64,000 nucleotides of DNA from positions 55,428,001 to 55,492,000 of the forward strand of contig CM059439.1 in NCBI GenBank assembly GCA_030390025.1, read 5' to 3'. The position numbers were made by a program, and so were the translations under genes. Below the pieces are notes generated by a model. That model was given only the letters and a program-made list of their open reading frames with translations, made no database searches and was not told where the DNA came from. Below are positions 25,875-39,590 of the stretch, in pieces. Every line of letters starts with the position of its first letter. Position 1 is the stretch's first letter. This DNA is from Squalus acanthias (Eukaryota).

Positions 25875-26255
25875 TTTTCTCCCTTCCTTTTCCATTCTTA
25901 TTGGAGTACGGCTGCACCGGTGCCCTATCATATCTTACCCAAGTGGCTATTTTCCATCTGTAAATCCAAACAGTTTGTGTCAGCAGGATATTGAATCACA
26001 GCAGAGCCTAACCCTGTCCTCAGCTGATATCCACTGTCTCACTTGCAGGCAGGGTCATTAAATAGTGACCAGGAGTGGGAAAACTTGGTTAATTTTTCCT
26101 TTCCCTGGATCAGAAGCACTAAGAATATTGCAGCCACCCCAAATAAGGATCAGCTGGCTCAGCACAGACCAAGGATCACCCAGGACCTTGCTGGTCTGTA
26201 TGACGCAGTTTAACACCAGATAACGTGTTTATCCACTGAGCCAACAGAGGAGGCC
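25875..26255 (-). mobile_element. LF-SINE-like copy
   Basis: cccaagtggcta..., cctgtcctca, gatcagctggctcagcacagaccaaggatc, tttatccactgagcca. Confidence 0.8.
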
Positions 26256-27519
26256 GCAATGACCATGTTAAACTTTAAACCTGATTCGAGAACAGCTGGA
26301 AAGTTTTTTTTTTAAAAACACACCCATATTCCATCCTTGACACCTCAGCTAAAAGAATTACAATGTTTAGTTAAAGCAAAGATTCTGATTTATATTGAAA
26401 ACATTGGAAGTTACATTTTCTGATTGCATGGACTGTCAGAAGTGCATTTCGGGAGAACGATGCAAACAGCTAACAATTTTTCATTTGTTTAAACTACGCA
26501 TGCACCATTTCCTGATCTGCACTCTCGGCAGGTTGAGACACTGTGCCGGGAGTGCGCAATTGGAAATTTTACCCTTTTGAAGCTGACACTTTACTCAGGA
26601 ATGCCGTGCCATCAGGAAAAAGAGAAAAGCAAGCACAGGCGTTAACCTCTATTGTGACTTTCTGCAGGTTTTTCCAAAATAGCCTGCATAAAACTAACTT
26701 GTAATAGAGGATTTAAAAAAAAAAATGAAAAACACATTCTGTGCTTCTTGCAGCACCTCATAACTCAGGGCCTTGTTTTAGAATACACTGCAGGCTCTAC
26801 CACTTAATAAACACCATTAAAATCCTTCCAAAGCTGCAACAGATTTGAAAAACGAACCCATGCATTGCATAGCGATGGCAGGAAATAAAGTTTCATTATA
26901 AGTGCACAGCTGGTCTGTATTAAGAGCAAATACTCAAGGGCAAGGTTGTTTTAAGCTGACATACACTATATTATATACCCAGTAATAAAAGAAAATTGAC
27001 CTCTGCATGACTCCTGGTGGATTTTATTTTTGTCTCTTCACACCAATACTGGATGACTATCAAAAGAGAAAAGAGGAGCCATAACTTTGGAGATCCAAGA
27101 AAGCTTACAACACGACAGGAGGCTGTAAATCTGCTTGTTTTTGTTTGACAGACTGGTCTTGTACCCAGCCGATCAAACTGTACAGCAAATGTAAGATACA
27201 CGCTCGGTTCCCAGCCAAGATAAACTGAACCCAGTGGAAGAAAAACAACTGACTCCAGACAGGCCAAATTTCCGCATTTTCTTTCCCTCTTTCTTAAAAA
27301 ACCACTTATGTTAAGTACCAGGCAAGTCTGGGTTTCATTTACCATGTTTCAAAAAAGAAACAATTAAAGAGACCATATTCCTTTCTGTTTTTTGTTCCCT
27401 GGACCTTCCTAAATTCTCCTTTTGAAATATTGAAATGAAAACTTTCCATACATAACTTTAATAAAAAACTTTTCTCCTCTCTTACCCTCTGTACACAAAA
27501 TAAAACGTTATACAGCTAA

Positions 27520-27950
27520 TCCTGAGTTCTGTAGGTAAGTGCACGAAGTGACATAAAGCCGAGACCTACAGACCAGGAAGAACCTTAGACTTCATTCACA
27601 GTGTTTGCTGAGTTAGCTGATTTCAGCTGCAGCAGCTGTGGGGCTGCTACAATTACCCTCTGTGCTCCCGGGCAAGAGAGAAGAGAGAAAACAAAAATCA
27701 GCCAAGATTACTGTTCGTTATTCAGTTATTTCTACTGGAAAGTATGCTATCTGGACACCGGGCGAGGAGAGGGTCAGGCTTAGCGGTGATGTGTCCTTGC
27801 AGTCAAATAGACCATCAACACTTTCTGTCCAGACTGTTAACATGAAGAACAGCCATTTGGATCAGGTACTAGATAGCTGCTGGTGCCTATGGAACCGTAT
27901 CCCAGCGTGAATCAGGGCCTTCGGGAGAAGAGTGGAACAAAATTTGCCAA
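27520..27950 (+). mobile_element. LF-SINE-like copy
   Basis: cagaccaggaag...gctgagttagctgat...aaaatcagcca...ggaaccgtatcccagc. Confidence 0.8.
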
Positions 27951-29215
27951 ATAAAATTATAGATCAATCTCATTTCCGCAGGCTTTGGGAGTAGAGCTAC
28001 TTGACAGTTATGGAGGAGGGTGTTACAGTGACAATCTCATATAATGGAGAACGTAAAACAAAAAACTTGACAGGCAAAGTCCATGGGTTTATAACCAAGA
28101 CCAATAATACTTGTACCAGATGTATCTAATTTCTGAATACATTATCTTTTCTTAAGGTTCAAGGAAACCTTGGCCTCCTCTCCCCCAGGCTTTCCTTCCT
28201 CCCTTTTCTCATCTCCAGCCACGATCAGCTAGGATCCCTCTCCCTCACTTACCTTGCCACGGACCATTCCCTTGGGTCCCTGGCAGCGTCCCGCCCACCA
28301 TCTGTTACATCATTTCTGTCGGCTTCATGCAAGAGACAGTCCAGAGAAAAGCAAATGGGGCCCAGGAGTTAAAATGACCCAAGCATCACGCTCTGCTGTC
28401 CATGGGGGTTTCCCACTAACCCCCCAATCCACCCGGCCTGAACAAGTTAATGTTGGATTCCTGCCGAGTCAATCTTTAGATGCCACTGTTCCAATATGTA
28501 AACCATTAATGGGCAGGGACCCAGCTCTCGTGCCACAGTGGTAAGATGTGGGTTTGCATCCGACATCCTCAGCATCTCTAATTTCCCAATCTCAAAGACA
28601 CATTGCTGTAGGGAGATGCAAATAACTTCAGTAAAGTGCTTTCCACATCTCCTCCCCAAGCACCACTCACAGGAAAAGAAGAAAGATCAAAAGGAGGGAG
28701 GGAGTCAGGAGGGTGTCTGAGTAGGTCACTCAGCTGTGCTCTCAGCTACACGATGCAGGGAGACCTAAGGAAGAGGTCATCCAGATCCCTGATCGCTCCA
28801 GTGATAAGAGAGGTCCACAGAGTACATAAGAACATAAGAAATAGGAGCAGGAGTAGGCCATTTGGAGTAAAATTTAGCCACATAGATCGGGAAGGCCTCA
28901 AGCTCAGTTCCAATCTGTACTAAGTTAGCTGATTACAGTTGGAAGCACTCCAACTGGTCTCCGTGACCCTGGAGTAAAAGTTGGCTAGGCCCTGCCTAAA
29001 ATCAGCACAGACCATTTTATTTATTTGTTTAAATTGAGAAACCGAGATGCAAGGTCAAAGTTTGTAATACAGAACCCCATCAAGGTTGAAAATGATACGG
29101 AAGAAAACAAGGTCAATCAGAATTAGGTGATGTCAAGCTTGGGTTTCAAAAGCCTGAAGATTGTTGGAGATGGGGAGGATTGAATAGTTTTAAGATTCTG
29201 GAAAGAGTAAGTCTT

Positions 29216-32200
29216 AACATAAGAAATAGGAGCAGGAGTAGGCCATTCGGCCCTTCGAGCCTGCTCCACCATTCAACGAGATGATGCTGATCTTCTGCCT
29301 CAACTTCATTCACCAGCCCTATCGCCATATCCCTTGATGCCTTTACTAGTCAGAAATCTATCGACTTCTGTTTTGAATATACCCAATGACTGAGTCTCCA
29401 CAGCCCTCTGGGGTAGAGAATTCCAAAGATTCACCACCCTGTGTGTGAAGAAATTTCTTCTCATCTCAGTCCTGAATGGCCTACCCTTTATCCTGAGACT
29501 GTGGCCCCTGGTTCTAGACTCCCCAGCCAAGGGAAACATTCTCCCAGCATCCACCCCATCAAGCCCTGTAATAATTTTGTATGCTTCAATGAGATCCCCT
29601 CTCATTCCTCTGAATTCAAGAGAATACAGGCCTAGTTTACTCAATCTCTTCTCATACGACAGTCCCACCATCCCAGGAATCAATCTCGTGAATCTTCGTT
29701 GCACTCCCTCTATGGCAAGTATATCCTTCCTTAGGTAAGGAGACCAAAATTGTACACAGTACTCCAGGTGTGGTCTCACCAAGGCCCTATATAATTTGAG
29801 TAAGACTTCTTTACTCCTGTACTCAAATCCTCTTGTAATGAAGGCCAACATTCCATTTGCCTTCCTAATGGCTTGCTGCACCTGCACATTCACTTTCAGT
29901 GACTCATGTACAAGGACACCCAGGTTCCTTTGAGCATCTGCATTCCCCAATCTTTCACCATTTAGGAAATACACTGCCTTTCTGTTTTTTCTACTAAAGT
30001 GGATAACTTCACATTTATCCACATTATATTCCATCTGCCATGTTCTCGCCCACTCACTGAGCCTGTCGAGATCCCCTTGAAGCCTCTTCACAACTGACAC
30101 TGCCACCTAGCTTTGTATCATCAGCAAATTTGGAAATGTTACATTTAGTCCCCTCATCCAAATCATTGCTATAGATTGTGAATAGCTGGGGCCCAAGCAC
30201 TGATTCTTGCGGTACCCCACTAGTCACAGCCTGCCATCCTGAAAAAGACCCATTTATCCCTACTATTTGTTTTCTGTCTGTTAACCAATTCTCAATCCAT
30301 GCTAGTATGTTACCCCCAATTCCATGTGCCCTAACTTTGTTCACCAACCTCTTATGTGGGGCCTTATCGAAGGCCTTCTGAAAATCCAAATACACCACAT
30401 CTACCGGTTCCCCTTTGTCTACTCCACTAGTTACATCCTCAAAGAACTCCAATAGGTTTGTTAAACAGGATTTCCCTTTCATAAATCCATGTGGACTCTG
30501 TCCAATCTTACTATTAGTTTCTAAGTGCCCAGTTATTGCATCCTTTATAATAGATTCCAGCATTTTCCCAACTACTGATGTGAGGCTAACAGGTCTGTAG
30601 TTCCCCGTTTTCTCTCTCCCTCCTTTCTTAAATAGCGGGGTTACATTTGCTGTCCTCCAATCTGCAGGAACTGTTCCAGAATCTATAGAATTTTGGAAGA
30701 TGACAACCAATGCGTCCACCATCCCAATGGCCACCTCTTTCAAAACCCTAGGACGTAGGTCATTCGGTCCTTGGGATTTATCGACTTTTAGTCCCATTAA
30801 TTTTGCTGGTACTGTTTTTTTACTAATAGTAATTTCTTTAAGTTCCTCATTCTCGCCACACCCTTGGTTTTCTTGTATTTCTGGGAGGTTTTTTGTGTCT
30901 TCCTCCGTGAAGACAGAAACAAAGTATTTATTTAATTTCTCAGCCATTTCCTCATTCCCCATTATAAATTCTCCCGTCTCTGACTGTAAAGGACCTACAT
31001 TTATCTTCACCAGTCTTTTCCTTTTCACATACCTATAGACGCTTTTACAATCCGTTTTAATATTTTTCGCTAGTTTGTGCTCATATTCCATTTTCCCTTT
31101 CTTTATCAATTTCTTGGTCCCCCTTTGCTGATTTCTAACAAGATCCCAATCCTCAGGCTGACCGCTTTTTCTGGCAACTTTATAAGCTTCCTCCTTTGAC
31201 TTAATACTAGCTTTAATTTCTTTTGTTAGCCATGGTTGGATCACTTTTTCTTTTTGGGATTTTATGCCCTAGAGGAATATATGTTTGTTGCAAATTATGC
31301 ATTATTTCCTTGAATATTAGCCATTGTATGTCCACCTTCATACCTTTTAGTGTAGTCTCCCAATCTACCATGGCCATCTTGTCCCTCATACCCTTGTAGT
31401 TTCCTCTGTTTAGATTGAAGACCTTAGTTTCAGATTGGACTACATCACTCTCAAACTTAATGTAAAATTCAATCATATTATGGTCACTTGTCCCTAAAGG
31501 CCCCTTTACCACAAGATTATTGATTAGCCCTTTCTCATTACACAGCACCAGATCCAGAATCGCCTGTTCCCTGGTTGGTTCCTCCACATACTGATCCAGG
31601 AAACCATCTCGCATGCATTCCAAGAATTTGTCCTCCACACCATTAGTGGTAATTTGATTTGCCCAGTCAATATGTAGATTAAAGTCCCCCATGATTACCG
31701 TATTACCCTTGTTACATGCACTTCTAATTTCTTGATTGATACTGTGCCCTACATTACCACTACTGTTTGGTGGCCTATACACAACTCCCACCAATGTTTT
31801 CCACCCTTTGCTGTTTCTTAGCTCCACCCAAACTGATTCCAGTTCTACATCACGATCTGCCAAGCCAAGATCTTTTATCTCTACCGTACCGATCTCATCC
31901 CTTATTAACAGCGCTACGCCACCTCCTTTTCCTTTTTGTCTGTCCTTCCTAAATGTTGAGTACCCTGGAACATTCAGTTCCCAGCTTTGGTTACCCTGCA
32001 ACCATGTCTCTGTAATGGCAATTACATCATACCTATTTACTTCTATTTGTGCCATTAATTCATCCACCTTGTTGTGAATGCTATGTGCATTTAGATAAAG
32101 TGCCTTCAACTTTGCCTGTTTAATATTTTTCTGCATTTTGACCCTCTTTACTGTTGGCCTTTGTTTCTGCTCCCTACTAATTTTGCTGACGACGTTTCTA

Positions 32201-32280
32201 ACTTGCACTTCCAGCTTTGTTTCTCTCCATTCTGGGCCTACACTTAGGTTCCCAGCCCCCTGACAAACTAGTTTAAATCC
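29216..32280 (-). mobile_element. CR1 LINE with complete ORF2 (APE-RT, two frameshifts), truncated at the end of ORF1; ROR1 intron 8
   Basis: ORFs 31213-32208 (LYLNAHSI, ITETWL, GDFN, SDHN), 30054-31244 ([21 protein letters not shown]) and 29306-30106; CR1 3' tail at 29216. Confidence 0.95.
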
Positions 32281-32289
32281 TTGATTTCA

Positions 32290-33250
32290 ACAGAGTAAGG
32301 ATGTGCAGGGAAGAGGAAAGGTATGTACATTACAGATTAGGAGAAACAAGGCAATAAAGTTCAGAGCAGCATTGACCATAATTGTATAAATAAAAGATAA
32401 AGACAAGTTTGCAACAGAGAGAGAGATTGGAGGCTTTGGGTGAGAGAGGTGTTGTCTATCAGACGACAAGCTTTTTGTTAAATCTTGTCCACATGTGTGA
32501 GACAGGTGCTAAAACAGCCTCAGATATGGGAGCAGTATTCAAGTCTTGGGACAGGCCTGAACTTTACAAAGTGTTAAGAGGTGTTGAGGCAAAAAGTGTC
32601 TGGAATGAAAGATGAAATGACGCTTTTGGAGGCAGTTTTAGCAATGGAAGAGATGGGAAGTCTATTTGAAGTCAGAGCAAGGGAATCCAATAATGTTGAT
32701 AAATGAAGTGTGTGAATCCACCAAAGGTAAGAGGTGACAGCTGCTGGTTAGACTAGCGAGAAACACAGAAAGACTCTTTTTGAACCACTGAAAGAAACAA
32801 GACTTTCATTGTCCCACTTCAGGGCACGGAGGAGATCAGGATGTAGTGACACAGACATTATGCTGTGAGATGTCTGGAGGTTTAGAGCACCGAGGCCATG
32901 TGATCTAAAAACAAACTGATGAATATATAATGGAATTATAAGAAAAAGAATGGATAAGGTTAAATAGTGAGTGATGGCAGTATGAAGAATGAGTAATGGG
33001 AAAGAGGACAGCACTGAGGAAACCCTGAGTTAATGAAAATAAAAGTCAGAGGGTGAGCCATCAACAGCACATATAGACTGATTTGAGGCAAAACTAGATA
33101 GGCACTAGATAGAACAAAGTTTTGGTGTGAGGTCATATGATGGTAACTGTTTTAGAATTATATAGGCTTTGGGAATTTCTGAGAAAATAAAGAATAATTC
33201 ACCAAAGTATCCAAGAGCAGAGCTCTATAGGCGCATAATGTAGACTGCAA
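32290..33250 (-). mobile_element. Ancient LINE RT remnant
   Basis: Minus strand INSGFPQCCPLS near 33000-33035 resembles GVPQG; otherwise highly decayed. Confidence 0.4.
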
Positions 33251-33689
33251 GATCATCAATGGAACGGCCGTGCCAAAACCCATATAGGCGATGGTCATTA
33301 GGTCAGAACTCTCAAATCATGCATTGCATGGAAAGTTAACAGCAGCTCTGATAACATTAGAAAGTATTTTATAACAACAATAGGGAAATTGGTTAAAGGG
33401 TAAGAGCTGGATTAAGCACGAGCAAATTTCCAAGTGAAGGAAAGGTGGTCTGGGAGTAAAAAAGATTGAAGAGAAGATGAAGATGCTGAAGCATCCTGGT
33501 ATTAATGATGGCCTCTTGTTAATACAACTCACTCCCAGTCAGCATCAGGTGCTCCTCCAAGCCAAATCCCAGAACGATGTCTTCATAACTCATTGTTTGA
33601 AAAAAATTCTCACGATAAATCAACAGAAAGCCAGATAAAAACAAAAAGGGATGTCAAGTTACTAAGTTTTTGATGTTTGCTCTTTAATT

Positions 33690-34265
33690 AAAATCATATA
33701 ATACCCTTCGAGCACAGGGTCGAGATGTGGTGACTCTCCACTGGGAGCAGGGGGAAAGAAAGAGGAAATTTTTTCTTGTCTTAGTTCAGCTCCCAAGTTC
33801 CTTTCTGGGCCTGGAAACTTAGAGAAGGTGTACTGGGGAATACTCGCTCCCAGTCGGGGCGGAACTTAGCACTTTTTATGTTGATTGGGTTACATGAAAG
33901 GGGGAATTGCAGGGATAAAGGTGGAACATTTGTATTGTGCTTTGTTGACATTGATATTACAATTATTGGACTGGATATCAGGCTTTGATGATCGGGCTTG
34001 GCTGTGATGCTCCTTATGGTCGAATAGCATGTCTCCACTCATTGTTTCAACTCACTTGGGTCAGCTATACTAAAAAGTATAGAGAATGAGCAGGAGAGTG
34101 GGATCAAACTAGGTGGCCCACGAAGATAAACATTATGCAATTTTGAAGAGCCAAATGCTCTGTTTCTGTGCTGTATCATTCTGTGATTCTATGAGGTACT
34201 AGGGACGGGTGTAATGCAACCATACCTCAGCAAGGGTCAGCGCCTCAGGAGAAGAAAACTGGAGG
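33690..34265 (+). mobile_element. Degenerate LF-SINE-like copy with an internal old CR1 tail fragment
   Basis: gatcgggcttggctgtgatgctcc..tggtcgaatagc; gtcagcgcctcaggagaag; CR1-like tail at about 34070-34190. Confidence 0.55.
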
Positions 34266-34439
34266 AACAAATCGACCTAATTTGGCCCAAAAAAAGGGCA
34301 GTGTTCTCTGTCACATCTTTAGAGCTGCGTCATGGAGTTGTCTGATATGGATTTGCACCAACAATCCCCTACAAGTTCCGAATAGCAGCTGTACTGAGCG
34401 TCTATCAGAAAATTGTAAAGGAGGGTAATTTTCTGTTGT

Positions 34440-34479
34440 GGGGGGGGGGGGGGGGGGGGGGGGGGGAGGGAGGGAGGGG
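34440..34479 (+). repeat. Poly-G/(GGGA)n tract (G-quadruplex-capable)
   Basis: About 27 consecutive G followed by agggagggagggg. Confidence 0.9.
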
Positions 34480-35444
34480 AATCACCATTACTCACCCTCA
34501 CCTCTATCAGTTACAAGACGATACGTAGCACGCAAGATCCAAGCAAAGTGAGGAAAAAACAATATCTTATAAAAGATCGAATCTTGTCCCTAACAATATC
34601 TAAAATGGCTTCTGCTCTGTCTTGTAAGGCTGCACAACATAGAGTATCATTATTGGATGACTCCATTTCACTTCAGCGGTGACATTCAGAAAAATGTAAA
34701 AGTAAAAGATGTCAGGATAATTTATATTGGCAGAGATTAATTGATTTATGTTGCAGCCATAATACTACAAGTGTTGATCCAAAATTTCAACACACAGAGA
34801 CTCACTTAAGACCATGTTATATTGTTGAAACATAATACTTAACCATTAGGATCAGATCCATCTTATAGAAACTTCTTTCAGATTGCTTGCTGACTATTTT
34901 TCTTTGGGAAAATGCCACAGCAATATTAATCTGACACTCAACTGCTTGCATGTGAGCGAGTGACCACACAGCGAGACTGATTTTCATCTCAAGCAAGACA
35001 GAACTGGGCATATAACCCAGGCCCACACAGGGAGAGCAGCTCCCCTCATACCTGGGAATGCATACTTCCCCCATCTTGTTTGCATTTCAAGCTAATTGCA
35101 CTATTGTCTGAACTCTTAATAGTACTCCGTGATACACTGCCAGTGATATTTAGAAGAATTTTTTTTTGCAGATGAATTACATCAGGCAAAGTCTGTTGTG
35201 GTTTGTTTTTTGAACTTAGTGTATCTCTTCCAGGAAGTTTTACGATGCCAATTTATGCAGACAATGCACTGACTATTGTGTTACAGGCACTTTGTGGCTA
35301 TCTGAGAACCGGATTTCAGTTTTAATTTTGGGCTCATCAAGGTGAGGGATGACAGTTGCTGGGAAATGGGACTCTTTCCCATTTCTGGCACCCAGTGTCT
35401 GCATCAAGCATTCCCTGGTCAAGTATAGTGCAAGTTAGATGTCA

Positions 35445-35715
35445 AGTAAAGCGCATGTCGACAGTTCCCCGGAAGCGGCTCGCGGGCGAGCCCAGTCCTA
35501 GAATATTGAACCAGCGCACGCACGAGCGGCAGACGCGAAGGAGTCTTGGCTCCGGCTCCGATCGAGCAATGTATGGTGGGCGGAGGAGGCCGCGGGTAAC
35601 GGGCAGCGCAGTGACGGTAGCTGTTCATTAGAGCAAGCAGCTCCTTCCCGTGCGGGTCAGCAACCGGAGGCAGTGCAGCGCACGGCTGGCTGCTCAGATA
35701 AGAACCGATCATCTA
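35445..35715. promoter_or_regulatory. Small intronic CpG island with promoter-type motifs
   Basis: Dense CpG in an AT-rich, CpG-depleted intron; GCGCATG (NRF1-like), CCGGAAG (ETS), GTGGGCGGAG (GC box); no similarity seen to other repeats in the window. Confidence 0.5.
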
Positions 35716-35749
35716 CATCAAAGAACTGTATAAGACAAATAGGAAGTTT

Positions 35750-36660
35750 TAAAAATTCGTTTTATGGGATGTGGGCGTCGCTGGCAAGGCCAGCATTTAT
35801 TGCCCATCCCTAATTGCCCTTGAGAAGGTGGTGGTGAGCCGCCTTCTTGAACCGCTGCAGTCCGTGTGGTGATGGTACTCCCACAGTGTTGTTAGGGAGG
35901 GAGTTCCAGGATTTTGACCCAGCGACGATGAAGGATCGGTGATATACTTCTAAGTCAGGATGGTGTGTGACTTGGACGGGAACTTGGAGGTGGTGGTGTT
36001 CCCATGCGCCTGCTGCCCTTGTCCTTCTAGGTGGAAGAGGTCACGGGTTTGGGAGGTGCTGCCGAAGGAGTCTTGGCGAGTTGCTGCAGTGCATCTTGTA
36101 GATGGTACACACTGCACCCACGGTATGCCGGTGGTGGAAGGAGTGAATGTTTAAGGTGGTAGATGGGGTGCGAATCAAGCGGGCCGCTTTGTCCTGTATG
36201 GTGTCGAGCTTCGAGTGTTGTTGGAGCTGCACACAACCCGGCAAGTGGAGAGTATTCCATCACACTCCTGACTTGTAGATGGTAGAAAGGCTTTAGGGAG
36301 TCAGGAGGTGAGACACTTGCCGCAGAATACCTAGCTTCTGACCTGCTCTTGTTGCCACAGTATTTAAGTGGCTGGTCCAGTTAAGTTTCTGGTCAATGGT
36401 GACCCCCTGGATGTTGATGGCGGGGGATTCGGTGATGGTAATGCCATTGAATGTCAAGGGGAGGTGGTTAGACTCTCGCTTGTTGGAGATAGTCATTGCC
36501 TGGCACTTCTGTGGCGCAAATGTCACCTGCCACTTATCAGCCCAAGTCTGAATGTCGTCCAGGTCTTGTTGCATGCGGGCATGGACTGCTTCATTATCTG
36601 AGGAGTTGTGAATGGCACTGAACACTGTGCAGTCATCAGCGAACATCCCCATTTTTGACC
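35750..36660 (-). mobile_element. LINE family B, 5'-truncated RT C-terminus and 3' UTR
   Basis: Nearly the same peptide as 4242-4967 (MGMFADDCTVFSAI...QQDLDDIQ); same 3' end. Confidence 0.92.
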
Positions 36661-36674
36661 TGTTCACCCATTTC

Positions 36675-37045
36675 CCCTGTAGTGGGCTGCCCAGTGTGGA
36701 ACTGAGTCATACACACCTGGAAAATATCAGCTTTGAGAGTTAATTGAACTTAGCTGGGGCAATGGCAAATGTGCTGCACGTGGCCTTAGCACTAAAGAGG
36801 GGGGAGGTGAAATATGCCAGCATTCCCATTCCTGATCTCCGCATGGAAAATGCATGTGTGTGGGCGTTAGGAGAGAACAGCTTTGAGCTCAGCTGTGATG
36901 GTCCCCTCAGTCAAACTGCTCACCATCACTGGCGGTCTACGCTCAAACATGAAGAATGCTCACTTGGGTGAGGCACTGGAATGCTGGCAGCACCTGTGAA
37001 ACTGTATTCCAACAAGAGTCAGTGATTTCAGGAAAAGAGGGAAGA
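36675..37045 (+). mobile_element. LF-SINE-like copy
   Basis: ctgcccagtgtggaactgag...agctgtgatg...catgaagaatg...gagtcagtgatttcagga. Confidence 0.7.
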
Positions 37046-37994
37046 AAGTTGAAAAAAACCCATAAAATGCTCCAATTTCTCCTGGCTGCTGCAGAGTAGT
37101 GCCAGCGCACTGCCCTGAAGAGGGTTCTTCTCAAAGTAATCAAGGTAACAATTTCACAAATCGAGCCAATCCATTCCATCACAATTATAAGTGTTCAGTT
37201 AAACCGAGGAAGCTGATATTGATCCATTTGTTGCAAATCTTACATCTTACAAATATTTAAAATTCTGAGTAATATGGTGGATAATCTATTAATTAACCGA
37301 TAAACCCCATGGTTACCTTTTTCATTCTTTTCCCATTGTTTTATGTTGGTTTATATGGTGATGCACATCATCTGACACAGTATAAGATCGATAATTTGGT
37401 GACAGGCACCCTGTAATACTGGGCACAGAGATCTGCAACTTACCACGTCCCTGACATGCTTAACACCCCAAAATGTGACCAACCAGCGACGGACGCAAAC
37501 TGTGCATGAGGCTTATTAAAAGGTCCCAAACATGAAACAAATTAGGGGGGGGCCTTCTCATAATGTGAATGAAGCATCCACGCAGTGCTCCAGACACAGC
37601 AGCCATTCCCAACAGATGCTTTGGTAAAGCCTGCAAGACATTTTCAAATTTTGACCCAGCAGTCCTCTCTCCTTGTTGTAGGATCAAATTTTCTTTTTTT
37701 GCCACTTTTTTGGGGGGCTTTAATGGACAAATACCTGCAAGAGCACCTTAGTTCCCACCACATTTTAAAGAAAAATCAGTACTGGCAGTTTCTGGGCAAA
37801 CAGCAACCCTTTACCTGTTGCTGGTGCCCAACATTCCAGTCCCCAACCCATTTGGTGCTCCCTGTATGTCATGAACTGTGCACTGGGAGCACCACTGAAT
37901 ATTTAAAAAAAACGCCCGTGCATTATTCTGCGCTATGCAAGGAATGCATTATCCCGCCTCCCCCGCCATATGAATTTGGCACGGTTGTAGATAC

Positions 37995-38458
37995 TAGTAT
38001 AACATCGATCAGCTCTGATGGACGGGCCACATCGTCCGCATGCCCGATACGAGACTCCCAAAACAAGTGCTCTACTTGGAGCTCCGACACGGCAAGAGAG
38101 CCCCAGGTGGGCAGAGGAAACGCTTCAAGGACACCCTCAAAGCCTCCTTGGAAAAAGTGCAGCATTGCCACCGACACCTGGGAATCCCTGGCCCAAGACC
38201 GCACAAAGTGGAGGAGAAGCATCTGGGAAGGCGCCAAACACCGAGTCTCTTCGCTGGGAGCAAGCGGAAGCCAAGCGCAAACAGCGGAAGGAGCGCACGT
38301 CAACCCAACACCCCACCCACCCGCCCCTTCAACCACCGTCTGCCCCACCTGTGACAGAGACTGTAGGTCCCGCATTGGACTCATCAGTCACCTGAGAACT
38401 CATTTTTAGTGTGGAAGCAAGTCATCCTCGGTTCCGAGGGACTGCCTAAGAAGAAGAG
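37995..38458 (+). mobile_element. RTE (BovB-like) LINE 3' end
   Basis: MPDTRLPKQVLY.EL..GKR..GGQRKRFKDTLKASL, WESLAQDRTKWR, C-terminal C2H2 CPTCDRDCRSRIGLISHLRTH, (AAG)n tail. Confidence 0.9.
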
Positions 38459-39387
38459 AACATTGTACAACCCCTACAGTCGTTATACCTTTAACCAGTG
38501 AGGTTGGCTGAGTGAGGAAAGGGACCTACATTGCCGTGGCACTTTCCCAGCTGTAGTTGGAGTCTGACATCACTTATTCTAACTAATGTACAGCCCACAT
38601 ATTTTATCCACATATGTGGTAGATTTCATGATACTCATTGTCTGACATTCTCCCACAGGGGGCACTATTGTCAGTTTTATCAATGCTCCTTGGAGAATTA
38701 CGAGACATACTTCTGTCAAGATATTAGTACCACTCGTTTAAAAAGCAACAAACCATCACTTAAACCACCTAGGTCAAGGAAGTTAATAGAAAATGATCAA
38801 ATGTTGATTAAATATCACAAATGATCAACTGAAGAAAATGCTGATCAAAACTTTCAATATATCAGTGCAGATATTGCCCTCTAGTGGTCACATAATAATC
38901 TTGTAACTTTTTTTGCAGCAACCACACAGCACTTTACAGAGGAAGATGGGCCCAAAATCCATGTGTGCATTATATATGTGTGCACAAGCTTTTACCAACA
39001 TGGGAGGGAAATGCATGTCATGCGTAGTTATAGATGATGATTACAATGATAAAGCTCCTCTATGGCCGCAAAATTCCTCGGAGCTGCTCCCGATCCATTG
39101 GGGGGTTGCTTTGCCTGAAGTGCGACAGAAACCCCCTTTACATGCATAAACGGGGTTTCCAACGCATTACCGGCGAAGTAATGCCGGTGGAACAGGAACA
39201 ACTCTGAGGAATTTCCCGGCCAAAGTTTTTGCTTTCTATACCTGTGGAAAAGCGACTGAAGGGAGGACACAATCCAAGTTTTTTAAATAATGGAGGGAAC
39301 TTATAATGTGGATGTAAAGAAATGCCTTTTGCAAAAACAGGATGGAAGAGAAAAATAACACACTTAGCGCAAAAAAAAATTTCTTAC

Positions 39388-39590
39388 CTTCGGTTTGTAT
39401 GCATTCAGCATGGACATTTCGACATTTTGCCCTCGCACAGGTTTCGGCTGTCGTTGGATAACGGGTGTTGATGACTTTTGATTATTACGACAAATACAGA
39501 TAAAGAAGAACAAAAGAGCAATTGCCAGGGGAATTGCCACACTAGGGACCAGGATGTAAAGAATCTCCATCTTGTTGTTTTCTTTGGAGT
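39388..39590 (-). CDS. ROR1: ROR1 exon 8: transmembrane and juxtamembrane
   Basis: ccag|AC...AAG|gtaaga, 203 nt, phase 1 to 0; DSKENNKMEILYILVPSVAIPLAIALLFFFICICRNNQK...EMSMLNAYKPK. Confidence 0.96.

Noticed and set aside
37585-38409. 274-aa zinc-finger gene
   Set aside because: Only the 3' part is meaningful and it is the RTE LINE C-terminus; the rest is chance open frame
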